Of a stretch of DNA of 64,000 nt, positions 24,566-39,219 are shown one piece after another. This stretch comes from Octopus vulgaris (Eukaryota). Both the position numbers and the translations under genes were made by a program. Below the pieces are notes generated by a model. It was not told the origin of the DNA. It saw nothing but the letters and a program-made list of their open reading frames with translations, and did no database searches. The stretch is from assembly GCA_951406725.2 (NCBI GenBank), contig OX597841.1, positions 25,730,001 through 25,794,000 on the forward strand, written 5' to 3'. Position 1 is the stretch's first letter, and every line of letters begins with the position of its first letter.

Positions 24566-24641
<76 letters not shown>

Positions 24642-24695
24642 ATATATACACACACAGAAACACATACATGCATGTTTACATAAATATATACATAC

Positions 24696-24756
<61 letters not shown>

Positions 24757-24892
24757 CTATATATATATATACACATACATATATACATATATACCATAAC
24801 GAAACGTGAAGGTGTGCAGTACGTAAGCAGGTAAAATTATTATTATCTAATCAGACAGGTGGAGACTTTCGTCATGTGTGTGTGTCTATATA

Positions 24893-24927
<35 letters not shown>

Positions 24928-25085
24928 TCTACATGTATATACATATACATATATATATATAAATGCGTTCGCTGCGTTAGGTAGCAAGTTGCCTACCGTG
25001 AAATGTTTTCCTTGAATTAGGTTGCTTTACCTACATAACCTTGATATGTTCTATAAATATTTATCACATAACGCTACAGGAACAC

Positions 25086-25162
<77 letters not shown>

Positions 25163-25264
25163 TGTATGTATGTATGTATGTATGTATGTATGTGTGTGTG
25201 CATATGAGTGTGTGTTAGTGAGTATAAAAGTATATACGTATATATGTTTGAATGTATGTATATG

Positions 25265-25297
<33 letters not shown>

Positions 25298-25347
25298 GTG
25301 TGTGTGTGTGTACATGCATGTGTGTACGTGTGTATAAATAGATATGC

Positions 25348-25391
<44 letters not shown>

Positions 25392-25577
25392 TTACAGACT
25401 TAGACATACACACACGTTTATACACAAACGGATGTATATGTATGTATGTATGTATTACAGGTGTCACTCCAGAATCGAAATATCTTTTGTCCTGGTGTAT
25501 AACACGAACCACAGAAAACTTCGAGTAACTCCCAAGTACAATTGAATACAAAAGCGTCCCCCCCACACACACACCCC

Positions 25578-25621
<44 letters not shown>

Positions 25622-25880
25622 CCTGTACATAAACAATCAAACACGTACCACATTGGAAACATCCTACGCCAAACCTCCAAGAACTTGAAACCGAAATATA
25701 AATAGAATCGCATGATAACTGTCTCGTGAATGTATCGTATCACACACGGAGAGATATCCAGCACTATCGTATTACACCACCATAGACATACACCGAGGTA
25801 TCAAATGAAGACAGTTTGAATATTCTAAATATACTGTATCATAACACACACGCCACGCACAGTGCACTAACACACGCATA

Positions 25881-25931
<51 letters not shown>

Positions 25932-25935
<4 letters not shown>

Positions 25936-26299
25936 CAGTATCGCCCGGCGTTGCTCAGGTTTGTAAGAAATAACTATAAAGCATTTTTAGAGAGTTATAG
26001 CCAAAAAATAGAAAAAAATGATGGTAAATTTTTTTTGAGAGTTAAAACAGGTGGAGTTGCGTCCCCTAGACGGTCTGTGGTTTGGGTTTCTCATTCTCGA
26101 CCCCATGTCGAATTTATCGATTTTTCAGAACTGGGGAACTTTTCAAAATTTTCGCTGCGTTAGTTTTGAATTATGACATTGGGCTATGTATGTGTCAAGT
26201 TTCATCAGAATCGGTTGAAAGCCGTGGTCAGAGTGAGGGTACGAGAAAACAGACACACAGAAACACGCACAGACAAACTGCCGTTTATATAGAGAGAGA
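25932..26299 (-). mobile_element. Non-autonomous Helitron-like element
   Basis: Reverse complement of 48486-48865. Confidence 0.75.
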
Positions 26300-26334
26300 T
26301 ATATATATATACATATATATACATAAATAAATAT

Positions 26335-26535
<201 letters not shown>

Positions 26536-26544
26536 TATATATAC

Positions 26545-26601
<57 letters not shown>

Positions 26602-26647
26602 CACATATATATATACATATATATATATACATAAATATATATATTAA

Positions 26648-26780
26648 TCAAGATTAATCAGCCGAAATTGCGAGGATGATCCGGTTCTTGACTGAAGATT
26701 GAAGGCTTCGAATGTCCCGCCCGTGTTTTTTTATCGTCTTCTAAATGTTTTGCGTTCTTGTCCCAGTTTGTATTTTTTTA
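26648..26780 (+). mobile_element. 5'-truncated copy of the permuted-hammerhead element
   Basis: Near-identical to the reverse complement of 9068-9199; embedded in (TA)n. Confidence 0.85.
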
Positions 26781-26781
26781 C

Positions 26782-26890
<109 letters not shown>

Positions 26891-27324
26891 TACATATATA
26901 TATATACATATATATAATATCATTTCGCTAAGGTATAACGCTACTAATAACCTAGTATTATAGCTCAGTATACATATAATTTAGAACAAAGTCTTAGTCG
27001 AGTACAAAGAGGTAATGAGACACTGAAATGACAGAGGAACAAAAAAGTCACGTTATGAATTGTATTAGCTTACAGCTGTTTCGAGAATGTGACGTACTAA
27101 TATTCAATTACGGGTGCATTGAATCTTAGGGCAGGTACAAGCTCTAAGATGTCCACACTGGAGAAAATAAGCGTTTAAACGATTTAAATAAAGTGAAGAT
27201 TTCGGCCTTGGAGATGAAGATCGAACAGGACATCCTGTTGAATTAAATGTTAAGCTCATTAAATATAACATTTGATCCCTTGTTTTCTTTATTCAAAATT
27301 CAGACAGAACTTATGGGATGACCG

Positions 27325-27378
<54 letters not shown>

Positions 27379-27471
27379 TATACATATACACACACACACA
27401 CATATACATATATATATATATACATATACATATATATATACATATATATATATATACATATATATATATAC

Positions 27472-27526
<55 letters not shown>

Positions 27527-27574
27527 CACATATATACATACACATATATATATACACAAAATAATACAAAAAAA

Positions 27575-27608
<34 letters not shown>

Positions 27609-27648
27609 CACAAACAAATACACACATATATATATATATACATATAAA

Positions 27649-27710
<62 letters not shown>

Positions 27711-28374
27711 GTATGTGCGTATGTATGTATGCTGTATGTATGTATGTATGTATATATATATATATATACACACACAAATATATATATATATACACACACA
27801 AATATATAATATATATATACACAAACGCATACACACACACATATATATATATACATATAAATCACTATATATATATATGTACATATATGCACTGATATAT
27901 ATGCATGTATATACATAGATACATACATATGCACAGATATATATGCATATATATACAAGATGCATACATATGCCCACACACACATATATATGCATATACA
28001 TACATACAGATACATATACATATATACATATATATATATACACACACACATTTACAAGTATATTAGGCATAAACTTATACAAAGATATAGATGTGTGTGT
28101 GTGTGTGTTTCTATGTGTATACACACACACACACACACACGTACATACTCATATGTATATATATGAATGTGAATGCGCATGCTCTCTTGTCTTCTTTTGT
28201 TGGAGACAATTGTTTGGTTGCGTGTGCGGACCCCATATTTCCCTTAAGTTGCAAGATTCTCTCCAACAGCCCACACAAGGTATGATACCAACCCGCACCG
28301 ACTTACACCATCACCTGACTCTGCACCACTGCAGCGCAACACAGCCCTTTACTCCACACTACACCGCACCGGAT

Positions 28375-28555
28375 GAGGGCGCGTGGCTTAGTGGTTAGGG
28401 CATTCGGCTCATGATCGTAAGGTTGTGAGTTCGATTCCTTTAAAAAACACCGCACCGCACCGCACGAAATTACACGGAAAGACTCTACGTAGCAAACTGA
28501 TTTGCAAGAAATAGCAGCTAAATTTCCCTCGATAATGACATGGTGGATAACAGGA
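28375..28555 (+). mobile_element. tRNA-derived SINE (degenerate, internally deleted)
   Basis: A box TGGCTTAGTGG, B box GAGTTCGATTCC; downstream AAATAGCAGCTAAATTTCCCTC. Confidence 0.65.
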
Positions 28556-29044
28556 ACCTCGAAGGCTCTTCGCATTTGCTGGTTTTAGTTGAATATACAA
28601 GTACACACACACACATACACACAAACATACACACACAAAAACACATGCACACACTCACACACGCGTACACGGAAACACACGCACACGTGCATACACACAC
28701 ATGCACGTGCATACACTGACGCACACAAACATGCATACACACACACAAATACACACGCATACACACACACAAATACACACACTGACATGCATACATTCAC
28801 ACACGCACACACACACACACAAATACAAACATGCATATACACGCACTCACATACGCATAAGCGCATGCATACACACACACACACACACACACACAAAGAC
28901 ATGCATACACACACACACACACACACGAATACACATATACATATGCATACACTCACACACGCACACACACACGTGTACAAGCACACACAAACACACAAAG
29001 ACTTGCATATACACACACTCACATATGCATAAGCACGTGCACAC

Positions 29045-29212
29045 TTACTCTTTTACTTGTTTCAGTCATTTGACTGTGGCCATGCTGGAGCACCGCCTTT
29101 AGTCGAGCAAATCGACCCCAGGACTTATTCTATCGGTTTCTTTTGCCGAACGGGGACGCAAACACACCAGCACCGGCGATGTTGTGGGGGACAAACACAG
29201 ACACAAACATAT

Positions 29213-29253
<41 letters not shown>

Positions 29254-29391
29254 CGCCGGGCTTCTTTTCAGTTTCCGTTTTGGTCGGCCAGAGGCTATAG
29301 TAGAAGACACTTGCCCAAGGTGCCACGCAGTGGGACTAAACCTGGAACCATGTGGTTCGTAAGCAAGCTACTTACCACACAGCCACTCCTA
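29045..29391 (-). mobile_element. SINE A with internal deletions
   Basis: Head and tail match 3142-3563. Confidence 0.85.
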
Positions 29392-29624
29392 CTTGATGAC
29401 ATTTTTGAATTTCTTTTTTCCTATATTAGAATGATTTTAGTACCTTTGAATATGTATTGTTTCAAAGCGTAAGTTTGCTTCACGCACCGAAATATTTATT
29501 TTACACATAAATTTTTCCTGAAGCATTTAATCGGTTGAAATTGTTTCATATGTAAACCGATAATCCAGAATCTTGTCTCAAATCCTAAATCTTCTTGTAA
29601 TATTCCAATTGCCTAATTAACTTA

Positions 29625-29724
29625 CGACGATGATGATGATGACGACGATGATGATGATGATGGTGATGATGATGATGATGATGAAAACGATGATGATGAT
29701 GATGACGATGATGATGATGATGAC

Positions 29725-29792
<68 letters not shown>

Positions 29793-29883
29793 CGGCAATA
29801 ACGACGATGATGATGATGATGATGACAATGATGATGATGATGACGGCAATAACGACGATGATGATGATGATGATGATGATGAC

Positions 29884-29936
<53 letters not shown>

Positions 29937-30069
29937 CGGCAATAACGACGATGATGATGATGATGATGATGATGACGATGATGACGATGATGATGATGAT
30001 GATGATGACAATGATGATGATGATGATGACGGCAATAACGACGATGATGATGATGCTGATGATGATGAC

Positions 30070-30116
<47 letters not shown>

Positions 30117-30345
30117 CAATGATGATGATGATGATGACAACGATGATGATGACAATGATGATGACGATGATGATGATGATGATGACGACGACAATGACAA
30201 CGACGACGATAATGATGACGATACTGATGATGGTAACGATGATAACGGAAATGACGACAACGATGATGAGAATAATGACGATGGTGATGAGGATGACGAT
30301 GGTGATGATGATGATGATGATAATGGAGGTCATAATGATGATGCT
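29625..30345. repeat. (GAT/GAC)n microsatellite with higher-order GACGGCAATAACGAC units
   Basis: Direct inspection. Confidence 0.95.
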
Positions 30346-30724
30346 GCGGCTGCGGTCAACACTGCAGCAATTCCATTTGATTGGCCACAAGGGCAAAAAC
30401 GCATTAATAATAATGACCTGTTGGACCGCCCGCGGTTTCAGCTCTTCTCTGGATTCGATCGATGGACCCTCCCGTAGCGATCTGTCACATTGATTGTAGA
30501 ACAGTTCCACTTGTTTATCGTTTACACCGACTGAACACACGTTGTTTATATTCACCTTCCCCCTTCTTTTTCTCATTATATATGTGTGTGCGTGTATATA
30601 TATATATATATGTGTGTGTGTGTTTGTGTGTGTGTGTGTATGTATATATGTGTATGTATGTATAGACAAAGTATATACATAGACCGGGAGTTTGAGGGAG
30701 GAAGTACACGCGTACGAAGATAGA

Positions 30725-30769
<45 letters not shown>

Positions 30770-30838
30770 TACGTAGATATGAATACATAGATATATATGT
30801 ATGTGTGTGTGTATGTATTTATACACGTATATATATAC

Positions 30839-30897
<59 letters not shown>

Positions 30898-31023
30898 CGT
30901 ATACATATACATATATATAAATATATATATATATATATATGTATATGTATATATATTTACATATATACATATATATATACATATATTACATATATATATA
31001 TACATATATTACATATATATTAC

Positions 31024-31055
<32 letters not shown>

Positions 31056-31133
31056 GTATATGTATATATATTTACATATATACATATATATATACATATA
31101 TTACATATATATATACATATATTACATATATAT

Positions 31134-31195
<62 letters not shown>

Positions 31196-31941
31196 CACAG
31201 ACACACACACACACACATATATATATATATGTGTGTGTGTGTGTGCATGTATGTATTTTTGCATGCATGCATGCATGTGTATATGTATGTATATGTCCCT
31301 TCAGATCACCATACACGTACAATAGATGCCCAAACGAATGAATACCACGCACAACAGATATAGGTGTGGAATAATAAACGTAACAAAATATAATCGGAAA
31401 AGCGTTGTCATACACAAATATATATACATATAATATATATACACACATATATAGATATATATATATATATATACACACACACAATAATGGCAATGGTGTG
31501 GCAAGAAAGGAATGCTGCACAACAATAATACCAAAACCGTTTTCTCAACATTAAAGAGCTCACAGTCAGTGGCGTTCGAATGGAAAACAGGGCGCAAACA
31601 ATGAGCGGCTGGAAACGAAAGTAAACAGCAACACGCCCGATATAGTAATCGTGGATATAAAGGAGGAGGGGGAGGAGGAGGAGGAGGAGGAGGAGGAAAG
31701 AGGGGGCAGCGGGCGGCGGCGAGGAAAAAAGAAAAAAGAAAGATAAGGTTAAAGAATAATATATATATAAGTAGATAAATAAAGAGATGAAAGAAAGAAA
31801 AAGAGAAAGAAGAAGAAAAAATACAACAAAACAAAGACGAAGGAAAGTAGATCAAAAGTCGGAATTAGTAAGAAGCAAAAAAAAAAAAGACTGTAAGAAC
31901 CATCTAGAAGGAAAAATAATGAACGAATCTATATCAAAACA

Positions 31942-32018
<77 letters not shown>

Positions 32019-32107
32019 ATATGTGTGTGTATATATGTATATACATATACATATGTATATATATATATATAAATATATATATATATGTGCGTGTTTGTGT
32101 GTGTGTG

Positions 32108-32152
<45 letters not shown>

Positions 32153-32232
32153 ACATATAAATATATGATATATATATATATGTATACATTCATGCACTCA
32201 CACATGTGTGTAGACACACGCACGCACACACA

Positions 32233-32275
<43 letters not shown>

Positions 32276-32348
32276 ATAAGCACATATTTATATATCCATA
32301 CGCATATATATATATATACATCTATACATATGCATATATGCATGTCTA

Positions 32349-32399
<51 letters not shown>

Positions 32400-32586
32400 T
32401 ATAATTCTGCAATGCATGTACATTCGTTTGCAGCATTTAGTCCCTTCCCGCCGAAAATTTTGTCAGAGAAAACCGCATTGTAAGGTTAGCAAGGAAAAGG
32501 AACAATGGCGGTCGAGATATTTCAAATGCGACGATGTTGTTGACATTGCTGTTGTTACCATTGCAGTTTTTATTATAGCAAGACAA

Positions 32587-33208
32587 GGAGGCGCAATGGC
32601 CCAGTGGTTAGGGCAGCGGACTCGCGGTCGTAGGATCGCGGTTTCGATTCCCAGACCGGGCGTTGTGAGTGTTTATTGAGCGAAAACACCTAAAAAGCTC
32701 CACGAGTCTCCGGCAGGGGATGGTGGTGGTCCCTGCTGTACTCTTTCACCACAACTTTCTCTCACTCTTACTTCATGTTTCTGTTGTACCTGTATTTCAA
32801 GGGGCCAGTCTATATATATATGTGTGGAGGCGCAATGGCCCAGTGGTTAGGGCAGCGGACTCGCGGTCATAGGATCGCGGTTTCGATTCCCAGACCGGGC
32901 GTTGTGAGTGTTTATTGAGCGAAAACACCTAAAAGCTCCACGAGGCTCCGGCAGGGGATGGTGGTGATCCCTGCTGTACTCTTTCACCACAACTTTCTCT
33001 CACTCTTACTTCCTGTTTCTGTTGTACCTGTATTTCAAAGGGGCCGGCCTTGTCACTCTCTGTGTCACGCTGAATATCCCCGAGAACTACGTTAAGGGTA
33101 CACGTGTCTGTGGAGTGCTCAGCCACTTACACGTTAATTTCACGAGCAGGCTGTTCCGTTGATTCGGATCAACCGGAACCCTCGTCGTCGTAACAGACGG
33201 AGTGCTTC
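32587..33208 (+). mobile_element. Two tandem tRNA-derived SINEs, family C (32587-32808 partial; 32826-33208 full)
   Basis: Head GGAGGCGCAATGGCCCAGTGGTTAGGGCAGCGGACTCGCGG..TTCGATTCC, tRNA-Arg-like; may correspond to the described octopus OR-type SINEs (not verified). Confidence 0.8.
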
Positions 33209-33536
33209 CCATAGCAAGACATCAGTAATAATTTGAGCCCCTGTTTTGGGAAAGCCTATGATCAGTGGATATTCCAACCATGACCAACCATAACGTCTGC
33301 AGTATCGTTTGTTAGAGATATTTTCAATTTCTGTCATTTTTACCATCTTTTCTTTTCCGATTGGTTTTTGCGTTTTTAAAGATGGCGTCCTATGGGACCT
33401 CTCCGCCAAATTTTTTTAAAGGCTCTCCTGGAAATATCTTCCTTTGTGACAATTATAATTCTCTTTTTTCTCTTCTTAGCTTCGGCCGTGACAGATAGAT
33501 TCATCGAAAAATAGACAGATAGATAGACAGACTGAC

Positions 33537-34140
33537 AGGCGGGGTCGTGCTGGCAGAACCGTTAGCACGCCGGGCGAAATGCTGAGCGGTATTTCGTCTG
33601 CCGTTACGTTCTGAGTTCAAATTCCGCCGAGGTCGACTTTGCCTTTCATCCTTTCGGGGTCGATAAATTAAGTACCAGTTACGCACTGGAGTCGATTTAA
33701 TCGACTTAATACCTATGTCTGTCCTTGTTTGTCCTCTCTGTGTTTAGCCCCTTGTGGGTAATTAAGAAATAGGTATTTCGTCTACCGTTACGTTCTGAGT
33801 TCAAATTCCGCTGAGGCAGACTTTGCCTTTCATCCTTTCGGGGTCGATTAAATAGGTAGCAGTTACGCACTGGGGTAGATATAATCGACTTAATCCGTGT
33901 GTCTGTACTTGTTTGTCTCCTCTGTGTTAACCCTTTATGGGTAGTAAAGAAATAGGTATTTCGTCTGCCGTTATGTAGTGAGTTCAAATTCCGCCAAGGT
34001 CAACTTTGCCTTTCATCCTTTTGGGGTCGATTAAATAAGTACCAGTTACGCACTGAAGTCGATATAATCGACTTAATCCGTTTGTCTGTCCTTGTTTGTC
34101 TCCTTTGTGTGTAGCCCCTTGTGGGCAGTAAAGAAATAAG
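33537..34140 (+). mobile_element. SINE family B (Deu/Nin-domain-like), tandem trimer with one head
   Basis: Three ~183-bp units containing GAGTTCAAATTCC..GCCTTTCATCCTTTCGGGGTCGAT.AA..AGTACC..AGCCCCTTGTGGG.A.TAAAGAAATA. Confidence 0.85.
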
Positions 34141-34174
34141 AAAGATAGACAGGCAGACAGACAGACAGACAGAC

Positions 34175-34221
<47 letters not shown>

Positions 34222-34268
34222 CAGACAGAGAAACAGATGGATGGATGGATAGACAAGTAGATAGACAG

Positions 34269-34325
<57 letters not shown>

Positions 34326-34922
34326 GTGTGGTGAATAAATTGTCTAATTGCGCAAAAATGGAAATAACACTGACACCTCATTTTAACAGATATATTTACC
34401 AAAATTACATAAAAATATCTTGAAATACTAAAGAGTAAAATTATTCACTAAAATCGCCATTGGCTTCAACCATATCCTCCAGATGAATTCGGAATCTCTT
34501 GCAGCTTTTCTTGATGGTCTTGTTTAAGTTGGTCAATGCTGCCATAATCCTTGCCTTCAGTTCATCTTTGGTGTTACAAGGAGTTTTGCTGGCCTCCTGC
34601 TCAACTGCGCCACACACATAATAACCAAGGGGGTTACAGTGTGGCGAGTTAGGTGGCCAGATGTTAGGGGTGGTGTAGTCGCAGAAATCGTCTGACGGCC
34701 ATGACTGGGTTCTCCTGCTTGTGTGGCGTGGTGCAGAATCCTGTTCCCAGACTTAGGGTATCCCAGCAACCACCCTCTTGACCCAAGGCAGCACTACCTC
34801 CTCCAGGCACTTGATGTAGGCCTCCGTGTTGAGTCTGAGGCCGTGTGGGAAGATGAATGGAGGCATAACGTCGCCATCACTAATGATCACTCCAAACACC
34901 ATGATGGTGACTGGAAGTTTGA

Positions 34923-35505
34923 TTTTTATCACTCTCGGTACATGTTTTGGGGACACAGCAAGCCAACGGTTGTTCTGTGTGTTTACCATCTTGTCCTGGC
35001 AGAATTTTTTCTCGTCTGAGATACACCAAAGTATGTTTGGTTGGAAGATATACTTGAATTTGTTCCAAAGCTTCGTAGAAGCTTGAGATTAAAATTGGCC
35101 CTTTCTCACCTTGTATATTTTTATCACTCTCGGTACATGTTTTGGGGACACAGCAAGCCAACGGTTGTTCAGTGTGTTTACCATCTTGTCCTGGCAGAAA
35201 TTCTTCTCGTCTGAGATACACCAAAGTATGTGTGGTTGGAAGATATACTTGAATTTGTTCCAAAGCTTCGTAGAAGCTTGAGATTAAAATTGGCCCTTTC
35301 TCACCTTGTATATTTTTATCACTCTCGGTACATGTTTTGGGGACACAGCAAGCCAACGGTTGTTCCGTGTGTTTACCATCTTGTCCTGGCAGAAATTTTT
35401 CTCGTCTGATATAAGCCAAAGTATGTGTGGTTGGAAGATATACTTGAATTTGTTCCAAAGCTTCGTAGAAACTTGAGACTAAAATTGGCCCTTTCTCACC
35501 TTGTA
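34923..35505. repeat. 195-bp tandem triplication inside the transposase
   Basis: ACTCTCGGTACATG at 34931, 35126, 35321. Confidence 0.9.
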
Positions 35506-35715
35506 AGATGAAAACCGAATGTCTACACGCGTTTCCTGCCCGATAAGGAACTCAGGCACTGAGTTCCTGGTGATGGACCTCATTGACTTGGAGGGATCGC
35601 TGTCAATAATGGCCTGGATCTCACCAACAAATTCAAGAATTCTTTTCTTATCAGAACGATCCGACTGAGTTTCCCGAGCTGCCGTACACTTGTAATCACC
35701 ATTAGACTCATCCTG

Positions 35716-36022
35716 TGGAGGCACATGGCCGAGTGGTAAGAGCAGCGGACTCGCGGTCGAGGGATCGCGGGTTCGAATCTCAGACTGGGCGATGTGTGTG
35801 TTTATGAGCGAAAAACCTAAGCTCCACGCGGCTCCGGCAGAAGGTAATGGCGAAACTTCTGTTGACTCTTTCGCCACAAAATTTCTCTCACTCTTTCCTC
35901 CTGCATCTGGCAGCTCACCTGCGACGGACCGGCGTCCCGTCCAGGTGGGGAACCTATACGCCAAGGAAACCGGGAAACCGGCCCTTATGTGCCAGGCATG
36001 GCTAGAGAAGGAACAAACAAAA
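35716..36022 (+). mobile_element. tRNA-derived SINE related to family C but with a different 3' half, inserted in the transposon
   Basis: Head GGAGGCACATGGCCGAGTGGTAAG..GGTTCGAATC; CTGCGACGGACCGGCGTCCCGTCCAGG; degenerate TSD ATTAGACTCATCC / ATTGGACTCAGCC. Confidence 0.8.
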
Positions 36023-36293
36023 ATTGGACTCAGCCAACTCTTTCCGAATCCCCTGTACTCTCCACGGATTGACACCCAAACACCCAGAAACGTTTGTATT
36101 TTAGCTCCCGGTGCGAATGCCAAACAGTACAAAACGTCGGTTCCAATTTCTGGCGGAGTGAATTGCATCTTGGTGCTGTTTTCCTCACAGACGGTGCCCA
36201 ACTGACCCTATTATACTGTGTTGTTGACAAAATGAAAGACAAACAATGTGCATGCACGAAATTAAAAATGTAAAAAATTTACCCATCACACCC

Positions 36294-36374
<81 letters not shown>

Positions 36375-36395
36375 ACATATATATATATATATGTA

Positions 36396-36452
<57 letters not shown>

Positions 36453-36623
36453 AATATATGTATATATATACATGCATGCATACATACGTACATACATATA
36501 AGTAGTAAGCAACATAGTCAATATACGCAAATTTATACAAACATACATACACACAGACAGACAGATATATATATGCATTCATATATAGATAGATACATGC
36601 GTACATATATCAATATATAAATA

Positions 36624-36661
<38 letters not shown>

Positions 36662-36759
36662 CGCATATGTATGCATATATATGTAGACACACACACATAC
36701 ATACGTGCATACGTAATTACATACATATATAGATATGCATGTATAGACATATATGTATG

Positions 36760-36864
<105 letters not shown>

Positions 36865-37162
36865 GTTTGTGTGTGCAAGTATGTATATATTTGTGTATAT
36901 ATGTATGTATGTGTGCATGTATGTATATGCGTGTCCGTAATAAGCCGCAACAAAATGGAAAGGTGAGGTGGAGGAGAAGGAGGAGATGAAGGGAGAACAG
37001 TAACAAGGTGAACTGCAGGGGGCACGAAATCAAGTCACGTAAGGAGAAACAGGTCCGTTTGATAGGTGCAATGTGTGTGTGTGTGTGTGTGTGTGTGCGC
37101 TTGTACTATTGCGTCTGTGCAAGTGTGTGTGTAGGTCCGTCTATGCGGGCGCATATATACGC

Positions 37163-37213
<51 letters not shown>

Positions 37214-37372
37214 TATATATGTATATATGTACATATATATGTATATATGTACATGTATATGTATATATGTACATACATATATATATATGATATATATATA
37301 TATATGATATATATACATATATATATACATATATATATATGATATATATATGTATATATACATATATATATG

Positions 37373-37480
<108 letters not shown>

Positions 37481-37575
37481 AATTGAGATAGGTGTTGTAA
37501 AGAGCTAAAAATCTATATATGTATATGTTAATATATGTATGTTTATATATAAGCATGAATGTATGTATGTGTATG

Positions 37576-37617
<42 letters not shown>

Positions 37618-37725
37618 TATAATTAAATGACTTGGATATGATTTGGCCAGAGATAGATAGGTAATGTCTGTGGTTATCTATTTCTCTCTATCCCTCTCCC
37701 CCTCCCTCCCTCTCTTTGCATATGT

Positions 37726-37760
<35 letters not shown>

Positions 37761-37895
37761 CGTATACACACATACACACACACAGACAAACAGACAGATA
37801 CACATATAACGAAAGAGAGAGATATGAATACGTATATGTATGTATGTATCGACCCATGTATGGAAGTACACACAGCTATGCATGTGTACATTTGA

Positions 37896-37950
<55 letters not shown>

Positions 37951-38124
37951 TGTGTGTGTATGTGTGTGTGTGTATGTAGTGTGTTAAGGCTAACGTGAGA
38001 AGCGAAGCGAAAACATGAATAAAACACGAAGAATAACAAAAACGTCAACGGAACACTTCGGACCAAATAAAGTAAATGATAATAATAACAATAATAATGA
38101 CGATGATGATGATGGTGATGATGG

Positions 38125-38155
<31 letters not shown>

Positions 38156-38514
38156 AATAATAGTAATAATAATAATAATAATAATGATGATGATGATGAT
38201 AATACTACTACTACTACTAATAATAATGATGATGATGATGATAATGATGATGATAATAATGATGATAACGATGATGATGATGATGATGATGATTCTTATA
38301 ATAATAATAATAATAATAATAATGATGATAATGATGATAATGATGATGATGATGATGATAATAATAATGATGATAATAATAATAATAATGATAAAACACC
38401 CACCAAAACTGAGATCTGTGAAATAATAAATGGGAAACATGAAGGTATATCAGATTGGAGAGGGAGAGAGAGAAAGGGAGAGGGTGTGTAGGAAGGGAGA
38501 AAGAGAGAGAAAGA

Positions 38515-38648
38515 GAGAGAGAGAGAGAAAAAAAGAGAGAGAGAGAGTGGGGAGTGAGAGAGAAATTGGAAAGTGTTGAGGATGAGAGAGAGAAAGAAAA
38601 GAGAGAGAGAGTGTGTGTAAGGAGTGAGAGAGATTAGAGAGTGTTGAG

Positions 38649-38689
<41 letters not shown>

Positions 38690-38960
38690 AGAGAGTGTGG
38701 GGGGAGTGAGAGAGAGATTGGAAAGTGTTGAGGGTGAGAAAGAGAGAGAAAGAAAAGAGAGAGAGAGAGAGAGATTAGAGAGTGTTGAGGGTGAGAGAGA
38801 GAGAGAGAGAGAGAGTGTGTGAGGAGTGAGAGAGATTAGAGAGTGTTGAGGATGAGAGAGAGAGAGAGAGAGAGTGGGGAGTGAGAGAGAAAATGGAGAG
38901 TGTTGAGGGTGAGAGAGAGAGAGAGAGAGTGGAGAGAGTGCTGAGGGTGAGAGAAAGAGA
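38515..38960. repeat. (GA)-rich minisatellite, ~60-70-bp unit
   Basis: Recurrent GGAGTGAGAGAGATT.GA.AGTGTTGAGG.TGAGA, about 7 copies. Confidence 0.8.
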
Positions 38961-38996
38961 TAGAGAAAGAAAAGAGCGTGTGGGAGAGTGAGAGAT

Positions 38997-39028
<32 letters not shown>

Positions 39029-39219
39029 TAGAAAAACTGAGAAAGAGAAAGTGGAAGAGTGGAAGTGAGAGAGAAAGAAGGACAGAAAGAAAGAAAAAAG
39101 AATGAAATAAAGAAGGAGCCGCACGGAAAGAGAACAGAAAAGAAGGAAAAACAAGGAGAATACACGAGCGTTCGTATGAAAGTGAAATGGACGCCATTTT
39201 GTTTTTGTCCTTTCTAGAG

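Larger units (their letters stand above)
34321..36295 (-). mobile_element. Decayed Tc1/mariner transposon, DD37D (maT) family
   Basis: SDEKNF..NTQNNRW..IMVFGVIISDG..QDSAPRH..WPPNSPHCNPLGY with 37 residues between the second D and the mutated third position; degenerate TIRs (G)GGTGTG.TG..TAAATT at both ends. Confidence 0.8.

Noticed and set aside
28206-28279. Possible plus-strand exon (ag..AAG|gtatga)
   Set aside because: Weak acceptor, no recognisable peptide and no partner exons.
29617-31005. 462-aa and 287-aa ORFs
   Set aside because: Read through (GAT)n and (TA)n tracts.
32587-32665. tRNA genes here and at 28375, 32826, 35716
   Set aside because: A and B boxes are present, but there is no complete cloverleaf or Pol III terminator and each continues into a SINE body.
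34880-36201. 192-aa repetitive and 240-aa ORFs as novel proteins
   Set aside because: Shifted-frame transposase triplication, and a transposase N-terminus read through an inserted SINE.
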